Source of the DNA: a virus
Lineage: Duplodnaviria; Caudoviricetes
Strand: one strand, 5' to 3'
Virus record (IMG/VR): IMGVR_UViG_3300021425_002620
Length of the DNA: 64,000 nt
The notes beneath the pieces are model-generated. The model saw only the letters and a list, made by a program, of their open reading frames with translations, searched no databases and was not told the origin of the DNA. This document shows positions 9,772-19,404 of the stretch, piece after piece (within the stretch, counting starts at the first letter, position 1; the number at the start of each line of letters is the position of its first letter). The position numbers and the translations under genes are program-made.

Positions 9772-10806
9772 GTCTTTTGCTTTTGGCACACACATTCCAC
9801 AACCGCATCTATCATTTGGACAAATAATAGGACCGCTTGCTACAGCAGTTTTAGCATACTCTAATATTTTATCAGGCTGTGTTAAACTGCCCAATGGTCC
9901 ACGCTTGCCTCCGTGCAATGCTTGACAAGTTTGATGATGATAAACTAATTTTAGATGTTGATCAATATGCATAAAATAATGATTTACTGAACAATGCCAA
10001 CCTTTAAAATGATTATCGACATGTGTTATTGGAATCCATTTGTTGTCAACTTTCCCCTCCATGCATCTTCCTCCACAACACCCTCGACCAACTGCTGACC
10101 CTTCGTTAGTAGATTTTACAGGTTTAGGTTGGCCAATATAATCAAAAAACCATTCTTGTTGTTCTTCGCTATAACTGTGACTAGTTCTACGCATTGAACC
10201 GTCAGTATCTATAAACCATCCGCTGCGTTCTATTGCGCCATCACCTATTGGTATTGGTTTATGTTTTACACCTAAGTCTTTTAACATGTAACATATACCC
10301 TGTACTTCTTCAAAGTAATCAACATGCATCATTACATTAACTTGTAGCCAAATTCCTGACTCGTGTAATCGTTTGATATTTTCTATCACGTGTGCTTTAG
10401 ATTTGGCGTTACCTTCTGCATGATAACTAACAGTCAATCCTTGGAAAAGATCTAAAATTTCTTTAGTACGTTTTGGATTCCACACGCCGTTAGTTGTTAA
10501 ACCTAAACTAAATGTAGGCTCGTTATCTTTAATGTGTCTTGCTAATTTCCAAAGTGCAGGATTAGCAGTAGGCTCACCACCTGTAAAATCAATATTTACA
10601 TTTTGATTAGCAGTGTTGTATATTTTAGTATATTCTTTGATAAATTCAAAAGTTTCAAATAGTTCTTCGTAAGAATGATAAGGACTATATGTATCGTGCC
10701 TAGAGATCTCACAGTATGTACAATCATAATTACATCGTCTGCCGGTGTCCCAGGTTACCATCATTTTTTCAGGATTAGGTAAATTAATTGCAGTTGTTTT
10801 TATCAT
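9745..10806 (-). CDS. Radical SAM protein with C-terminal Cys-rich domain
   Basis: CNYDCTYC, TGGEP, GCCGGRC and WHC...TC...CPNDRCGCGMC. Confidence 0.9.
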   Translation of the reverse strand: MIKTTAINLPNPEKMMVTWDTGRRCNYDCTYCEISRHDTYSPYHSYEELFETFEFIKEYTKIYNTANQNVNIDFTGGEPTANPALWKLARHIKDNEPTFSLGLTTNGVWNPKRTKEILDLFQGLTVSYHAEGNAKSKAHVIENIKRLHESGIWLQVNVMMHVDYFEEVQGICYMLKDLGVKHKPIPIGDGAIERSGWFIDTDGSMRRTSHSYSEEQQEWFFDYIGQPKPVKSTNEGSAVGRGCCGGRCMEGKVDNKWIPITHVDNHFKGWHCSVNHYFMHIDQHLKLVYHHQTCQALHGGKRGPLGSLTQPDKILEYAKTAVASGPIICPNDRCGCGMCVPKAKDLIDFINIF

Positions 10807-11708
10807 TCTTTTACCTTAGTTAAAGGAATGTCGGCAGCACATGTACACCATTTGCGTGTACAAATAATAGGATCTTTTGGAACTTCAAAACTACCATTGT
10901 AAATATTACCTAAACTGCCGCCTACGCGACATGTAGCACGATGTACTTCTCCGTCCCAATTTATCATTAAACTTTCAAGACCTGCATTACAGCGCCATCC
11001 TTCGAACTGATTTTTATGTTCTTTGATAATATCATTAGCATGTATTAAGTGTTTGTTGTCAATTACACAGTTTTCTTTAGCAGTTGACTTTTGTTCTAGT
11101 ATCCATTTTAAATCATCTGCACTATATTTCAAATCGTCAAACCAATCACGATTATCTGCATCTGTCCAACGAATACGTCTTACTACATAAGGAATACTAT
11201 GGCTGTCAAATAACGTAGCTGCGTCCTTTACTTTTTTCATGTATTTGTGATGAGCCATTAGATTAATTTGAAAAGGTATGTTATAACCATCGTGTGTTTC
11301 GTTAAGATGTGCAAAATCTAAAATATTGTATAGTACGCGATCCCAATGATTGTCAAAATGTAAACTAAACACATAGTGATTGACTGGTAATCTTAAATAC
11401 AATTTATTAGGAAGTGTTCCGTTAGTTGTAATGTTAATCCAGTCCAAACGCTGACTAGCATGATTAACAATTTCTTCAATTTGAGGATGTACACAAGGTT
11501 CACCGCCTGTAAAACTCAACCGTATAGGTTTGCCTATTTCAGCTAATGCATCTATAGTGTTTAGCATTACTTTAACGTTAGTATGTGGACTAAAATTATC
11601 GTGTATTTCAGCAGGACAGTAACTACAATCTAAATTGCATCTTTTACCAATATTCCATTCTACTTTAATAGAGTCTTGATGCGGCCATCTTGAAGTTACA
11701 TTATACAT
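10803..11708 (-). CDS. Radical SAM protein with C-terminal twitch-like domain
   Basis: CNLDCSYC, TGGEP, WRCNAG...ATC...CTRKWCTC; ATG at 11708 overlapping upstream stop. Confidence 0.9.
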   Translation of the reverse strand: MYNVTSRWPHQDSIKVEWNIGKRCNLDCSYCPAEIHDNFSPHTNVKVMLNTIDALAEIGKPIRLSFTGGEPCVHPQIEEIVNHASQRLDWINITTNGTLPNKLYLRLPVNHYVFSLHFDNHWDRVLYNILDFAHLNETHDGYNIPFQINLMAHHKYMKKVKDAATLFDSHSIPYVVRRIRWTDADNRDWFDDLKYSADDLKWILEQKSTAKENCVIDNKHLIHANDIIKEHKNQFEGWRCNAGLESLMINWDGEVHRATCRVGGSLGNIYNGSFEVPKDPIICTRKWCTCAADIPLTKVKE

Positions 11709-12972
11709 AAGGAGTAAACTCTGGATTTGTAGAAAGAAAGTCTTGGTCTCTAGTAACATCGAGTCTACGATTAAATTCTATACAATCTTTCCAATGTGTA
11801 TTATACATACACTTTGCTTGTAAAAAATTAATATTATCTTGTATTTGTTGTAGTGTTACAGTTTTTAATAAATCATGTTGTTGTACTAGAGGATAGTTTA
11901 ACACCTCGGTTTTCATTTGCTCTAAACGTTTTACTATTTGCTTCTTTAATGCAGGCGGCAATACTTGCGCCGATAATGACATAGGATAGTTAACACGATG
12001 CGAATAAAACACAATACCCATAGTGTTAATAAAGTAGTCAATTACCCGATCAATCTGCATAATGTTGTTTGCTTGTACAGTAAATGCACCAACTACGCGA
12101 CTTACATTAGGAAAACTTTGAAATACTTTTACATTTTTTTCTACTTCTTCAAACTTGCCATTGCCTCTAATGTACTCATATACATCGTGTATGCCGTCTA
12201 TGCTTACGTTTACAGCAATGCTTTTAAACTTAGGCCAATAGTCGTGTATAGTGCGTCCGCCTTTTATACCTAGTGTAGTGCCGTTTGTAGCATACTTTAG
12301 TTCTATGTTTTTACCATACTCTGCAAGTCTATCTAGTATCTTGTAATGATATGGATCCATCAGAGGCTCACCGCCTGCAAACTCTACACGTCTAAAATAC
12401 GGTAAAAGTTTTTCAAAACTTGACCACCAATTATCACTATTGTCAAATGGTCCAATATATTGTCCTGGTTTGTTTACTAGTGCATCTACTGTAGGAATAA
12501 GGTAGTTGTTTTCTTTTTTATAAAACTCTGTAACTTGGTCCCAGTCTTTCCAGCTAGTACTATCTAGTGGGTTACACATACGACATTTTAAATTACACAA
12601 GTTGTTTAGTTTAATTTCCATTGTAGGAAGCTCAAAAGGCATGCTGTAATCGTCGTCTAAAGCGTCTAATGCATCAGGGTATAAGTTGACCCTAGCTTCT
12701 GGTATTACCCCTGCTGTATGACGCTGTCGTAAGCTCTGTACACCCTGATCTTCGAGGTCAAAGCACGGTTTACATACATCTGGACGCTCGTCATTTAGTA
12801 CTTGACGGCGTACTTCGCGCATAGCATCGCCATTCCAAACTTCTTCTAAACTCTCGTTTTGAATCCAGCCAATAGGTTGGCTACGGCAACAAACTTTAAT
12901 TGCACCATCTTCTCGTGTTGCTAATCCAGTAAATGGATGCATACAAAATGTACAACTATTTGACTTTGCCAA
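11701..12972 (-). CDS. Radical SAM protein with N-terminal SPASM/twitch-like domain (paralog of 7403..8794)
   Basis: FCMHPF...KVCC...CKPC then CNLKCRMC and AGGEP. Confidence 0.9.
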   Translation of the reverse strand: MAKSNSCTFCMHPFTGLATREDGAIKVCCRSQPIGWIQNESLEEVWNGDAMREVRRQVLNDERPDVCKPCFDLEDQGVQSLRQRHTAGVIPEARVNLYPDALDALDDDYSMPFELPTMEIKLNNLCNLKCRMCNPLDSTSWKDWDQVTEFYKKENNYLIPTVDALVNKPGQYIGPFDNSDNWWSSFEKLLPYFRRVEFAGGEPLMDPYHYKILDRLAEYGKNIELKYATNGTTLGIKGGRTIHDYWPKFKSIAVNVSIDGIHDVYEYIRGNGKFEEVEKNVKVFQSFPNVSRVVGAFTVQANNIMQIDRVIDYFINTMGIVFYSHRVNYPMSLSAQVLPPALKKQIVKRLEQMKTEVLNYPLVQQHDLLKTVTLQQIQDNINFLQAKCMYNTHWKDCIEFNRRLDVTRDQDFLSTNPEFTPYV

Positions 12973-13633
12973 AAGCCCACTCCCTTTCTAGACACCAAAA
13001 GCATTTCCCGCATATTGGAACAGAATCACCCGGTGTATATGTTTTATAATTCAAACCTTCAAATTCTCCTTCGCAACTACGAGTAATATCTAATAAGTCT
13101 AGAATATCGTGTTTGTAATATTGTTTGATAATCCAGTCTTTCTTAGTATACACGAAAGGGTGACAAATGTCAATACCGTCGTGAATAAAATGTGGCTCAA
13201 TATGTCCTTCATCTCGTTCTTTTACTCTACCTTCAAACTTAACATCTGGATTTAAATTTACTCCACCGTACAATGCATTTAACTTATACTTGTGTGCAAT
13301 GTATTCGTTATGTGATCGCAATATAATTCTGTTACCTGGCTTCATTTTGCCATACTCATCTTGTATAAGATATTCAGTTGGCTCTTCTAGTTCTGGCGGC
13401 ACTAAATTTTTATGATGATAAAAGCAGTTGTCAAAGTTTTCTTTAAACCAAGCAACAACATTTTCAGAAATATGCTCTGCCCAAGGGCGAGTTTTCCACA
13501 TTCTTATCTGTGTATTAAAATGTATGTCAGCATTAGTTTGTGAACAAATTAAAAATGCAAGAAGGGCACTATCTGCGCCACCGCTAAGACTAATACCTAT
13601 ACGGTTCCACTCCTGGTTCAGATACAAGTTCAT
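12956..13633 (-). CDS. QueC-like PP-loop ATPase (7-cyano-7-deazaguanine synthase superfamily)
   Basis: SLSGGADS PP-loop at the N-terminus; C-terminal TRSC...CGKCFWC zinc motif. Confidence 0.7.
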   Translation of the reverse strand: MNLYLNQEWNRIGISLSGGADSALLAFLICSQTNADIHFNTQIRMWKTRPWAEHISENVVAWFKENFDNCFYHHKNLVPPELEEPTEYLIQDEYGKMKPGNRIILRSHNEYIAHKYKLNALYGGVNLNPDVKFEGRVKERDEGHIEPHFIHDGIDICHPFVYTKKDWIIKQYYKHDILDLLDITRSCEGEFEGLNYKTYTPGDSVPICGKCFWCLEREWAFGKVK

Positions 13634-13638
13634 GCAAA

Positions 13639-13645
13639 TATTTAT
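13639..13645 (-). promoter_or_regulatory. T4-type late promoter box, leaderless arrangement
   Basis: ATAAATA then 5 nt (tttgc) then ATG at 13633. Confidence 0.65.
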
Positions 13646-13688
13646 GTACTAAATATTACATTATACACATTATTGGCAAAGGGCTAGT

Positions 13689-14351
13689 ATGCTACAAACA
13701 TTACCATATACAGTTGATTTAAAACTTCTTAAAGAGGCACAGTGTTCCATTCCTTCTGTAGATTCTAAACTAACAATTAATCAGCCAACAGGTAATTTTT
13801 TCTATGACCCTTGGGAGATTAAAGAAGAATTTAAAGGCACAGTTTGGGAGAAAATATTAAGTACATTACCTTTAGATCTTGGCGAAGCAAGAATTATTGT
13901 ACTTGGTAACGGAACAACTTATATGTCGCATACTGATATAGATGATAGATATCATCTAAGTCTTAAAGGACAATATTCTTTTTTAATTAGTATAGACGAT
14001 GAAAAAATGTATCCTACAGTTGCAGACGGACAATGGTACGAAATGAATACTGGTCTACGTCATGTAGCAGCAAATTTTGGATCGTATGAAAGAATTCAAC
14101 TTGTTATAAGAAAACTTTTAAATAATCCAACCTTAGAAAATTACACATCTGTAACAATTAAACCAATATGCAAAAATCCTAGATTTGAGTTTGACGATAT
14201 CGTTAGTCCGTGGCTAAACAAAATAAACAAACAACATGTAATGTCAAATTTTAAAATACTAAACGACGGCGTCAGTTTTAATTTAGATTCTAGTTTAGTT
14301 AATAAATTAGATTTTATTCCTACAGATAAATTTAAGGTAATAGTAGAATGA
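13689..14351 (+). CDS. 2OG-Fe(II) oxygenase, Asp/Asn beta-hydroxylase-like
   Basis: HTD...RYHL...WYEMNT.LRHVAAN.G..RIQLV facial triad pattern. Confidence 0.7.
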   Translation: MLQTLPYTVDLKLLKEAQCSIPSVDSKLTINQPTGNFFYDPWEIKEEFKGTVWEKILSTLPLDLGEARIIVLGNGTTYMSHTDIDDRYHLSLKGQYSFLISIDDEKMYPTVADGQWYEMNTGLRHVAANFGSYERIQLVIRKLLNNPTLENYTSVTIKPICKNPRFEFDDIVSPWLNKINKQHVMSNFKILNDGVSFNLDSSLVNKLDFIPTDKFKVIVE

Positions 14352-15892
14352 ACCATGTATTATTCTTTTCGTTAACGGGTAAACGCTGGGAAAGAGCACT
14401 ATGGCCTCATCGCACTGCTACATTTTTACGTATGAATGACTGGGATGCAGAAGTAGTAGACTTTGCATCATTTTGGAAGTTAGAAGAACTACAAGAGCTT
14501 GTACGTAGTCGAGTATCAAATAAAACAGTTATGTTTTGTTTTGGTACTGCTTTTTTAAATCCGTGGAGTCCTTATCTAAATGAATTTATTGCATGGTTAA
14601 AAAACGAGTATCCGTCAATACCTGTTGTTGTAGGAGGTCAAAATGCACTAGTTACACCTGCAGAAAACGTAGATTATTGGGTAGACAGCTACGGCGAAAA
14701 TGCTATACTTGCATTATGCCGACATCTTATTGGAACATTAGGCAGTCCATTAAGAACAGACGGTATGATATTAGATAAAAAAGTAATCAGAGGGTTACGT
14801 CATTATCCGTCTGCGCCATTAGATACATATATTGTAGATTACGAAACTCGTGATTTTATGATGCCATATGAATGTCCGCAAATAGAAACTGCAAGAGGTT
14901 GTATGTTTGATTGCAGTTATTGTAACTTTCCTATAATTGGACAGAAAAAAGATGTAAGTGTAAGTAAAGAAGCATTTAAGGATCAGCTACGCACAGGGTA
15001 CGAAAAATGGGGTATTAAAAACTGGAGAGTAATGGACGAAACATTTAACGATCGTCCTTCAAAATTACAAAAATATGCTGAAGCCGTAGACGAGCTAGGT
15101 TATAATCCTTGGATATGTGGTTTTGCTCGAGGCGACTTAGTTGTTAAACACAAAGATCATTGGGATACGTATATTAGATTAGGATTTCTTGGTCACAGTA
15201 TGGGTATTGAAACATTTAATAGGGATGCAGGTAAACTTGTACGCAAAGGCATGGATCCTGATCAAGTAAAAGAAGGTTTACTAGAATTCCAAGCGTATAC
15301 AGATATACATGCTCCAAAAAGATATCGTGCAAACATACAATTTATTTGCGGCATTCCTGGAGAAACAAAAGAATCGTGGTATGATTCAGTTAACTGGTTA
15401 AACACACATTGGACAAGACAAAGCGCCAGTGCCCATATTTTAGAAATTGGCGACTACGATCTTAGCCTAACAAATCAAAGTAGATTTACTAAACAGTTAA
15501 CAGACAATGGTCTTGTGAAAATAGACGCAAGACAAAACCCCGGATATAATGTATATAAAGACGCAAAAAATAATGTTGTATTCCAGTCTACTACTCCGCG
15601 TGGAGGCGGCGTAGGAAGTACTAGAAACGATATAGTAATTTGGAAACACAACACTATGGACTGGTACGAAGCTGAAGATTTAGTAAAAGAATTCTATTCA
15701 GATAATGGATTTATGGGACTTCGTGGGTGTAATCCGTTTTTATCAGATAGATTATTTGTTCTAACAGAATCAGAACGGTATGAAGACATTTACGATATAA
15801 ACATGTCACAAACAGATACTAACGATCCTAAGTTTAAAACTTTTGTGCAGAACTATATTGATAAAAAACTAAGTTGGGTACCTAACAAATGA
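14348..15892 (+). CDS. Cobalamin (B12)-binding radical SAM protein
   Basis: N-terminal B12-binding-like domain (VVVGG), ETARGCMFDCSYC, DETF, GIET, ICGIPGET typical of class B radical SAM enzymes. Confidence 0.85.
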   Translation: MNHVLFFSLTGKRWERALWPHRTATFLRMNDWDAEVVDFASFWKLEELQELVRSRVSNKTVMFCFGTAFLNPWSPYLNEFIAWLKNEYPSIPVVVGGQNALVTPAENVDYWVDSYGENAILALCRHLIGTLGSPLRTDGMILDKKVIRGLRHYPSAPLDTYIVDYETRDFMMPYECPQIETARGCMFDCSYCNFPIIGQKKDVSVSKEAFKDQLRTGYEKWGIKNWRVMDETFNDRPSKLQKYAEAVDELGYNPWICGFARGDLVVKHKDHWDTYIRLGFLGHSMGIETFNRDAGKLVRKGMDPDQVKEGLLEFQAYTDIHAPKRYRANIQFICGIPGETKESWYDSVNWLNTHWTRQSASAHILEIGDYDLSLTNQSRFTKQLTDNGLVKIDARQNPGYNVYKDAKNNVVFQSTTPRGGGVGSTRNDIVIWKHNTMDWYEAEDLVKEFYSDNGFMGLRGCNPFLSDRLFVLTESERYEDIYDINMSQTDTNDPKFKTFVQNYIDKKLSWVPNK

Positions 15893-16488
15893 TACATAAG
15901 TTAAATTTGAAATATAATGCAGACGAAGCTTTTGAATATTTTAATACACTAAAAACAAACTTTAGTCATTTACATTGGAATTATTTGGAGCATCATAACG
16001 AGCCAACATTTATTGATCCTAAAAATACAATTGATGATATCAATGGCTGGGGACTGCAAACAATATACGATGATCCTACATTCCCCTATCATCCTGACTT
16101 AGATCCACACGACGAAGGTCCTGAGTATTTTAAAGATACTCCAATGGTGTTTGGATTCTTTAAAAGATTAAAAAATTTACTAAAACAACCTTTTCGATCG
16201 TTTTTGATTAGCTATCCTCCTAATCAAAAAATAGGTAAATGGCAGTCTCATTTACCAAAACATGTTACTATTATAATTCCTATTATAACTAATGACAAGG
16301 TTTGTCTGATTAGTAATCAAGAAAATACTCAAACTTTTATTTTAGAAAAAAATAATATCTACTTATTAGATACAACAAAATACCCTGCCGAATTTCAAAA
16401 TAATAGTCAAGAAACAGTAACTATAATGATTGCTAGTGTTCTATTAGAATATAAACAAGAAATATTAGATATGAAGGAATTTATATAA
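15889..16488 (+). CDS. Degenerate cupin/2OG-Fe(II) oxygenase-fold protein
   Basis: Same spacing as neighbouring oxygenases (IIIPIITN...YLLDT...NNS) but HxD and distal His not intact. Confidence 0.45.
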   Translation: MIHKLNLKYNADEAFEYFNTLKTNFSHLHWNYLEHHNEPTFIDPKNTIDDINGWGLQTIYDDPTFPYHPDLDPHDEGPEYFKDTPMVFGFFKRLKNLLKQPFRSFLISYPPNQKIGKWQSHLPKHVTIIIPIITNDKVCLISNQENTQTFILEKNNIYLLDTTKYPAEFQNNSQETVTIMIASVLLEYKQEILDMKEFI

Positions 16489-17075
16489 TGGACAATCCTG
16501 GCTCACTTTACGATAAAAGATTGTTAAATTTAAAAAGTTGTGCGTTTCTAAATGCATACAGACGTATAAATTTAAAAGAAATAATAGAATCATTAAAAGA
16601 TAAACAAGGATCAGATGTTACTACAGATCCAAGTCGTTGGAATTTAGATAATAGCGAATACGGAAAAATTCATACTATTTGGAAGGAAGCTAACTTTAAT
16701 CCTGCTGCTATGAAGTGGACAAATTATTACCCCAAAAAAGATTTCTCTCAAGAATTTGTTGACGATGTTGCATTTTATCTTCGTCTATCTGGTGTTCATC
16801 GTGCATGGATTAGTAGAGTTGATCCCGGATATTACGCTCCGTGGCACTGGGATATTGATGATAACGAAGAAGAATATTTAAAGCACGGTGAAATCAAACG
16901 TTACAGTATTATGTTGGGGGATAAGACACCTGGACACATTTTTATGCTAGGACAGGATTACTTATACGATTGTGCCCAAGGTTCAATATTTCGCTGGCAT
17001 AATCATAACGAATGGCACAGTGGAATCAATGCAGGTATGATTCCAAAATTTATGTTTCACATACTTGGATATTAA
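16488..17075 (+). CDS. 2OG-Fe(II) oxygenase family protein
   Basis: PGYYAPWHWD ... PGHIF ... WHSGINAG. Confidence 0.75.
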   Translation: MDNPGSLYDKRLLNLKSCAFLNAYRRINLKEIIESLKDKQGSDVTTDPSRWNLDNSEYGKIHTIWKEANFNPAAMKWTNYYPKKDFSQEFVDDVAFYLRLSGVHRAWISRVDPGYYAPWHWDIDDNEEEYLKHGEIKRYSIMLGDKTPGHIFMLGQDYLYDCAQGSIFRWHNHNEWHSGINAGMIPKFMFHILGY

Positions 17076-17079
17076 CTTA

Positions 17080-17760
17080 ATGAACACATCTAATTGGAAA
17101 TATTACTACAAAAGAACTGCTATACATGATATAGCATCGTCTAATATGTTATATTCGCCCCTAATGAATTCGGATAAAAACATTTTATGTAAGCACTATT
17201 GTATTGATGAAGATTATCAAGGTGTACAGCCTGGAATGACACAAGAAATAGTTGATTTTTTTTATGAAAGGGAAGTACAATTTTTAGAAAAGCTACAGCA
17301 TTTAAATTGTACGCCTAAACTTTTAGAAATAGATCGAGCTAATAATAAAGTTTTTATAGAATGGAATACAGAGACATTGGCTCAAATAATATTTGATCCA
17401 AGTAGATCAATAGACAACGAACTTCCTAATTGGAAAGATCAATTGTATAGCATTGTAAAAGAACTTAAAGATAGCGGTCATTATAAATTAGCACTCTATC
17501 CGCATTGTTTTTTTATAAACAAAGACGGTGTTTTAAAAACTATTGATTATTACTCAGTTGTACCACATGACGACTATTTTATTGAAAGAAATTTAATTGA
17601 AGGTATGATCGGAGACGAAGGCTCTTATAGATTTGATCGAGTAGAGTTAATTGACGGCATACTCGATCTTAAAGAATTTTTTAATCTTACAATGAAAGTA
17701 CATTTGCCAAAGTATTGGCCTGATTGTCCATTCCCAGATTTTTTTAATAAACTTTATTAA
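17080..17760 (+). CDS. Protein-kinase-like fold protein with altered catalytic motifs
   Basis: YEREVQFL (helix C Glu), PKLLEI, LALYPHCF and TIDY at the positions of the catalytic loop and DFG; ATG at 17080. Confidence 0.5.
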   Translation: MNTSNWKYYYKRTAIHDIASSNMLYSPLMNSDKNILCKHYCIDEDYQGVQPGMTQEIVDFFYEREVQFLEKLQHLNCTPKLLEIDRANNKVFIEWNTETLAQIIFDPSRSIDNELPNWKDQLYSIVKELKDSGHYKLALYPHCFFINKDGVLKTIDYYSVVPHDDYFIERNLIEGMIGDEGSYRFDRVELIDGILDLKEFFNLTMKVHLPKYWPDCPFPDFFNKLY

Positions 17761-18281
17761 TCGTGTAGTGTAATTTGTAGAGTGAGTCTAGGAGTATATC
17801 CAATGTTAGCAGGACCGTGTATACACTCAGGATCGCTCCACTCATATAAATCTCCTGCTCTATAATTTGTTAATATTTTATCATCATAACAAAATATGTG
17901 TCCTGGTTCCCAGTCTTGTAAAAACATAGTATACCTAACAAAGTTTTTTATTTCTGTCAAATGAGGATCTACGTGCATTGCTTGGAATTCACCAGGATAC
18001 AGTTTTACAAACCACCAAAATTTATTTTTTCTTGTTTCAGGCAAATCAGGATATACAAAATTATAATCTTCCATCTCAGGAGAACTTGCATTAAGTTGAT
18101 GAAAGAAAAATTTGTTAGTAGAATAACCTGGTCGTGCAAGTTCTCTAAATTTTTCTAATGTTTCGTTACCAGTCCATCTATCAGGCTGCCACACAGGTGT
18201 ACATTCGCCTTGTTTAGACTCTAATAAACTTATTATATTATTTTCTATAATCCAATTATTATAATTGCCTATGTAATTCAT
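17757..18281 (-). CDS. 2OG-Fe(II) oxygenase family protein
   Basis: PGEFQAMHVD ... WEPGHIF ... IHGPANIG..PRLTLQIT. Confidence 0.75.
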   Translation of the reverse strand: MNYIGNYNNWIIENNIISLLESKQGECTPVWQPDRWTGNETLEKFRELARPGYSTNKFFFHQLNASSPEMEDYNFVYPDLPETRKNKFWWFVKLYPGEFQAMHVDPHLTEIKNFVRYTMFLQDWEPGHIFCYDDKILTNYRAGDLYEWSDPECIHGPANIGYTPRLTLQITLHD

Positions 18282-18283
18282 TT

Positions 18284-18778
18284 TTACCTTTCATATGTAC
18301 TAAAATGGAATGTTAATCTAGTAGTATAACTTATATTACATGCTCCATGAATTTCGTTTGCATTAGGATATTGAAAAATATCTCCTTTTTTATAATTAGT
18401 TAAGACTTCGTCTTTGTATTGAAAAATGTGTCCCGGAACGTAGTCTTGCATAGCAATCCAATATCTTTTGCACTCTTTAAATTCATGAGTGTGCGGATCT
18501 GTGTGCATAGGCATAAAGTTGCCAGGATTCATTTTTATACCCCACCAAATATTATCTAAGTGACTGTCAAATGGTATTGTAATTTCAAAAGGGAACGTGT
18601 GCGGCTCGTAAATGTACCAATATGTGCTAGTTAAATCGTAACCTGCGGAAGTAGCAATTTTAAATTCTTCACTATCTGGATTTGGCCCGCCTCCTGGTCT
18701 GCTAGTCCCATCATTATTGGTCATAAACTCTATGTACTCGTCTTTAATCCAGTCTTTATAGTTGCCGACATAGATCAT
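18284..18778 (-). CDS. 2OG-Fe(II) oxygenase family protein (paralog of 17757..18281)
   Basis: PGNFMPMHTD ... VPGHIF ... IHGACNIS..TRLTF. Confidence 0.75.
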   Translation of the reverse strand: MIYVGNYKDWIKDEYIEFMTNNDGTSRPGGGPNPDSEEFKIATSAGYDLTSTYWYIYEPHTFPFEITIPFDSHLDNIWWGIKMNPGNFMPMHTDPHTHEFKECKRYWIAMQDYVPGHIFQYKDEVLTNYKKGDIFQYPNANEIHGACNISYTTRLTFHFSTYER

Positions 18779-19404
18779 ATTAAGTCCTCAAAATCTAATA
18801 AATCTTCAAATTCAAAATTAGTTATTCCTTCATCAAGACCTGCTCTAATAATTAACACTGTTCGTATCTCTTTTGAATTATTAGTTACTCCGTGATATGT
18901 ATCTCCTCGCATCAAAGTAACGTTATCAGCGGTTACACTTGCAATAGGATTTAACAAAGAATCATCTTTTACCATCGAAATTGTATAGCCGTATAATGGA
19001 GGTTTATTATTTTTTTGGATTATTTTAAAAACGTTGTCGTCTTTAATATCTGCACGATCGAACCAATGAGTAGTTGCATGTTCATAATTTTTAATTGGAA
19101 CATTGATAACAATCTTTTGCGAAATATCGTCATCGCCGTCTAAATGAATTTGAAATTTTGTTTCTGGAGGAATAAACAAAATATTGATATACTGCAACGG
19201 CATTTTTAATCTAGGCATTAACCAATTTTTAAGGACAGGAAAGTCTTCTATGTTTAGTATAGGTCTGCAAAACGAGCCATGACTAGTAGTTAGAGCTTGT
19301 TGTATTTCTGAACTAGTAATTTCTATATTTTTATCGATATAATCTAGTACTTCTTTTTGAATTTCGGGTAGTTCTTCTACTTGTAGTTTTTGATAGTATC
19401 TCAT
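18775..19404 (-). CDS. 2OG-Fe(II)/cupin oxygenase-like protein
   Basis: FQIHLD ... NVPI ... YHGVTN...IRTVLII. Confidence 0.6.
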   Translation of the reverse strand: MRYYQKLQVEELPEIQKEVLDYIDKNIEITSSEIQQALTTSHGSFCRPILNIEDFPVLKNWLMPRLKMPLQYINILFIPPETKFQIHLDGDDDISQKIVINVPIKNYEHATTHWFDRADIKDDNVFKIIQKNNKPPLYGYTISMVKDDSLLNPIASVTADNVTLMRGDTYHGVTNNSKEIRTVLIIRAGLDEGITNFEFEDLLDFEDLI

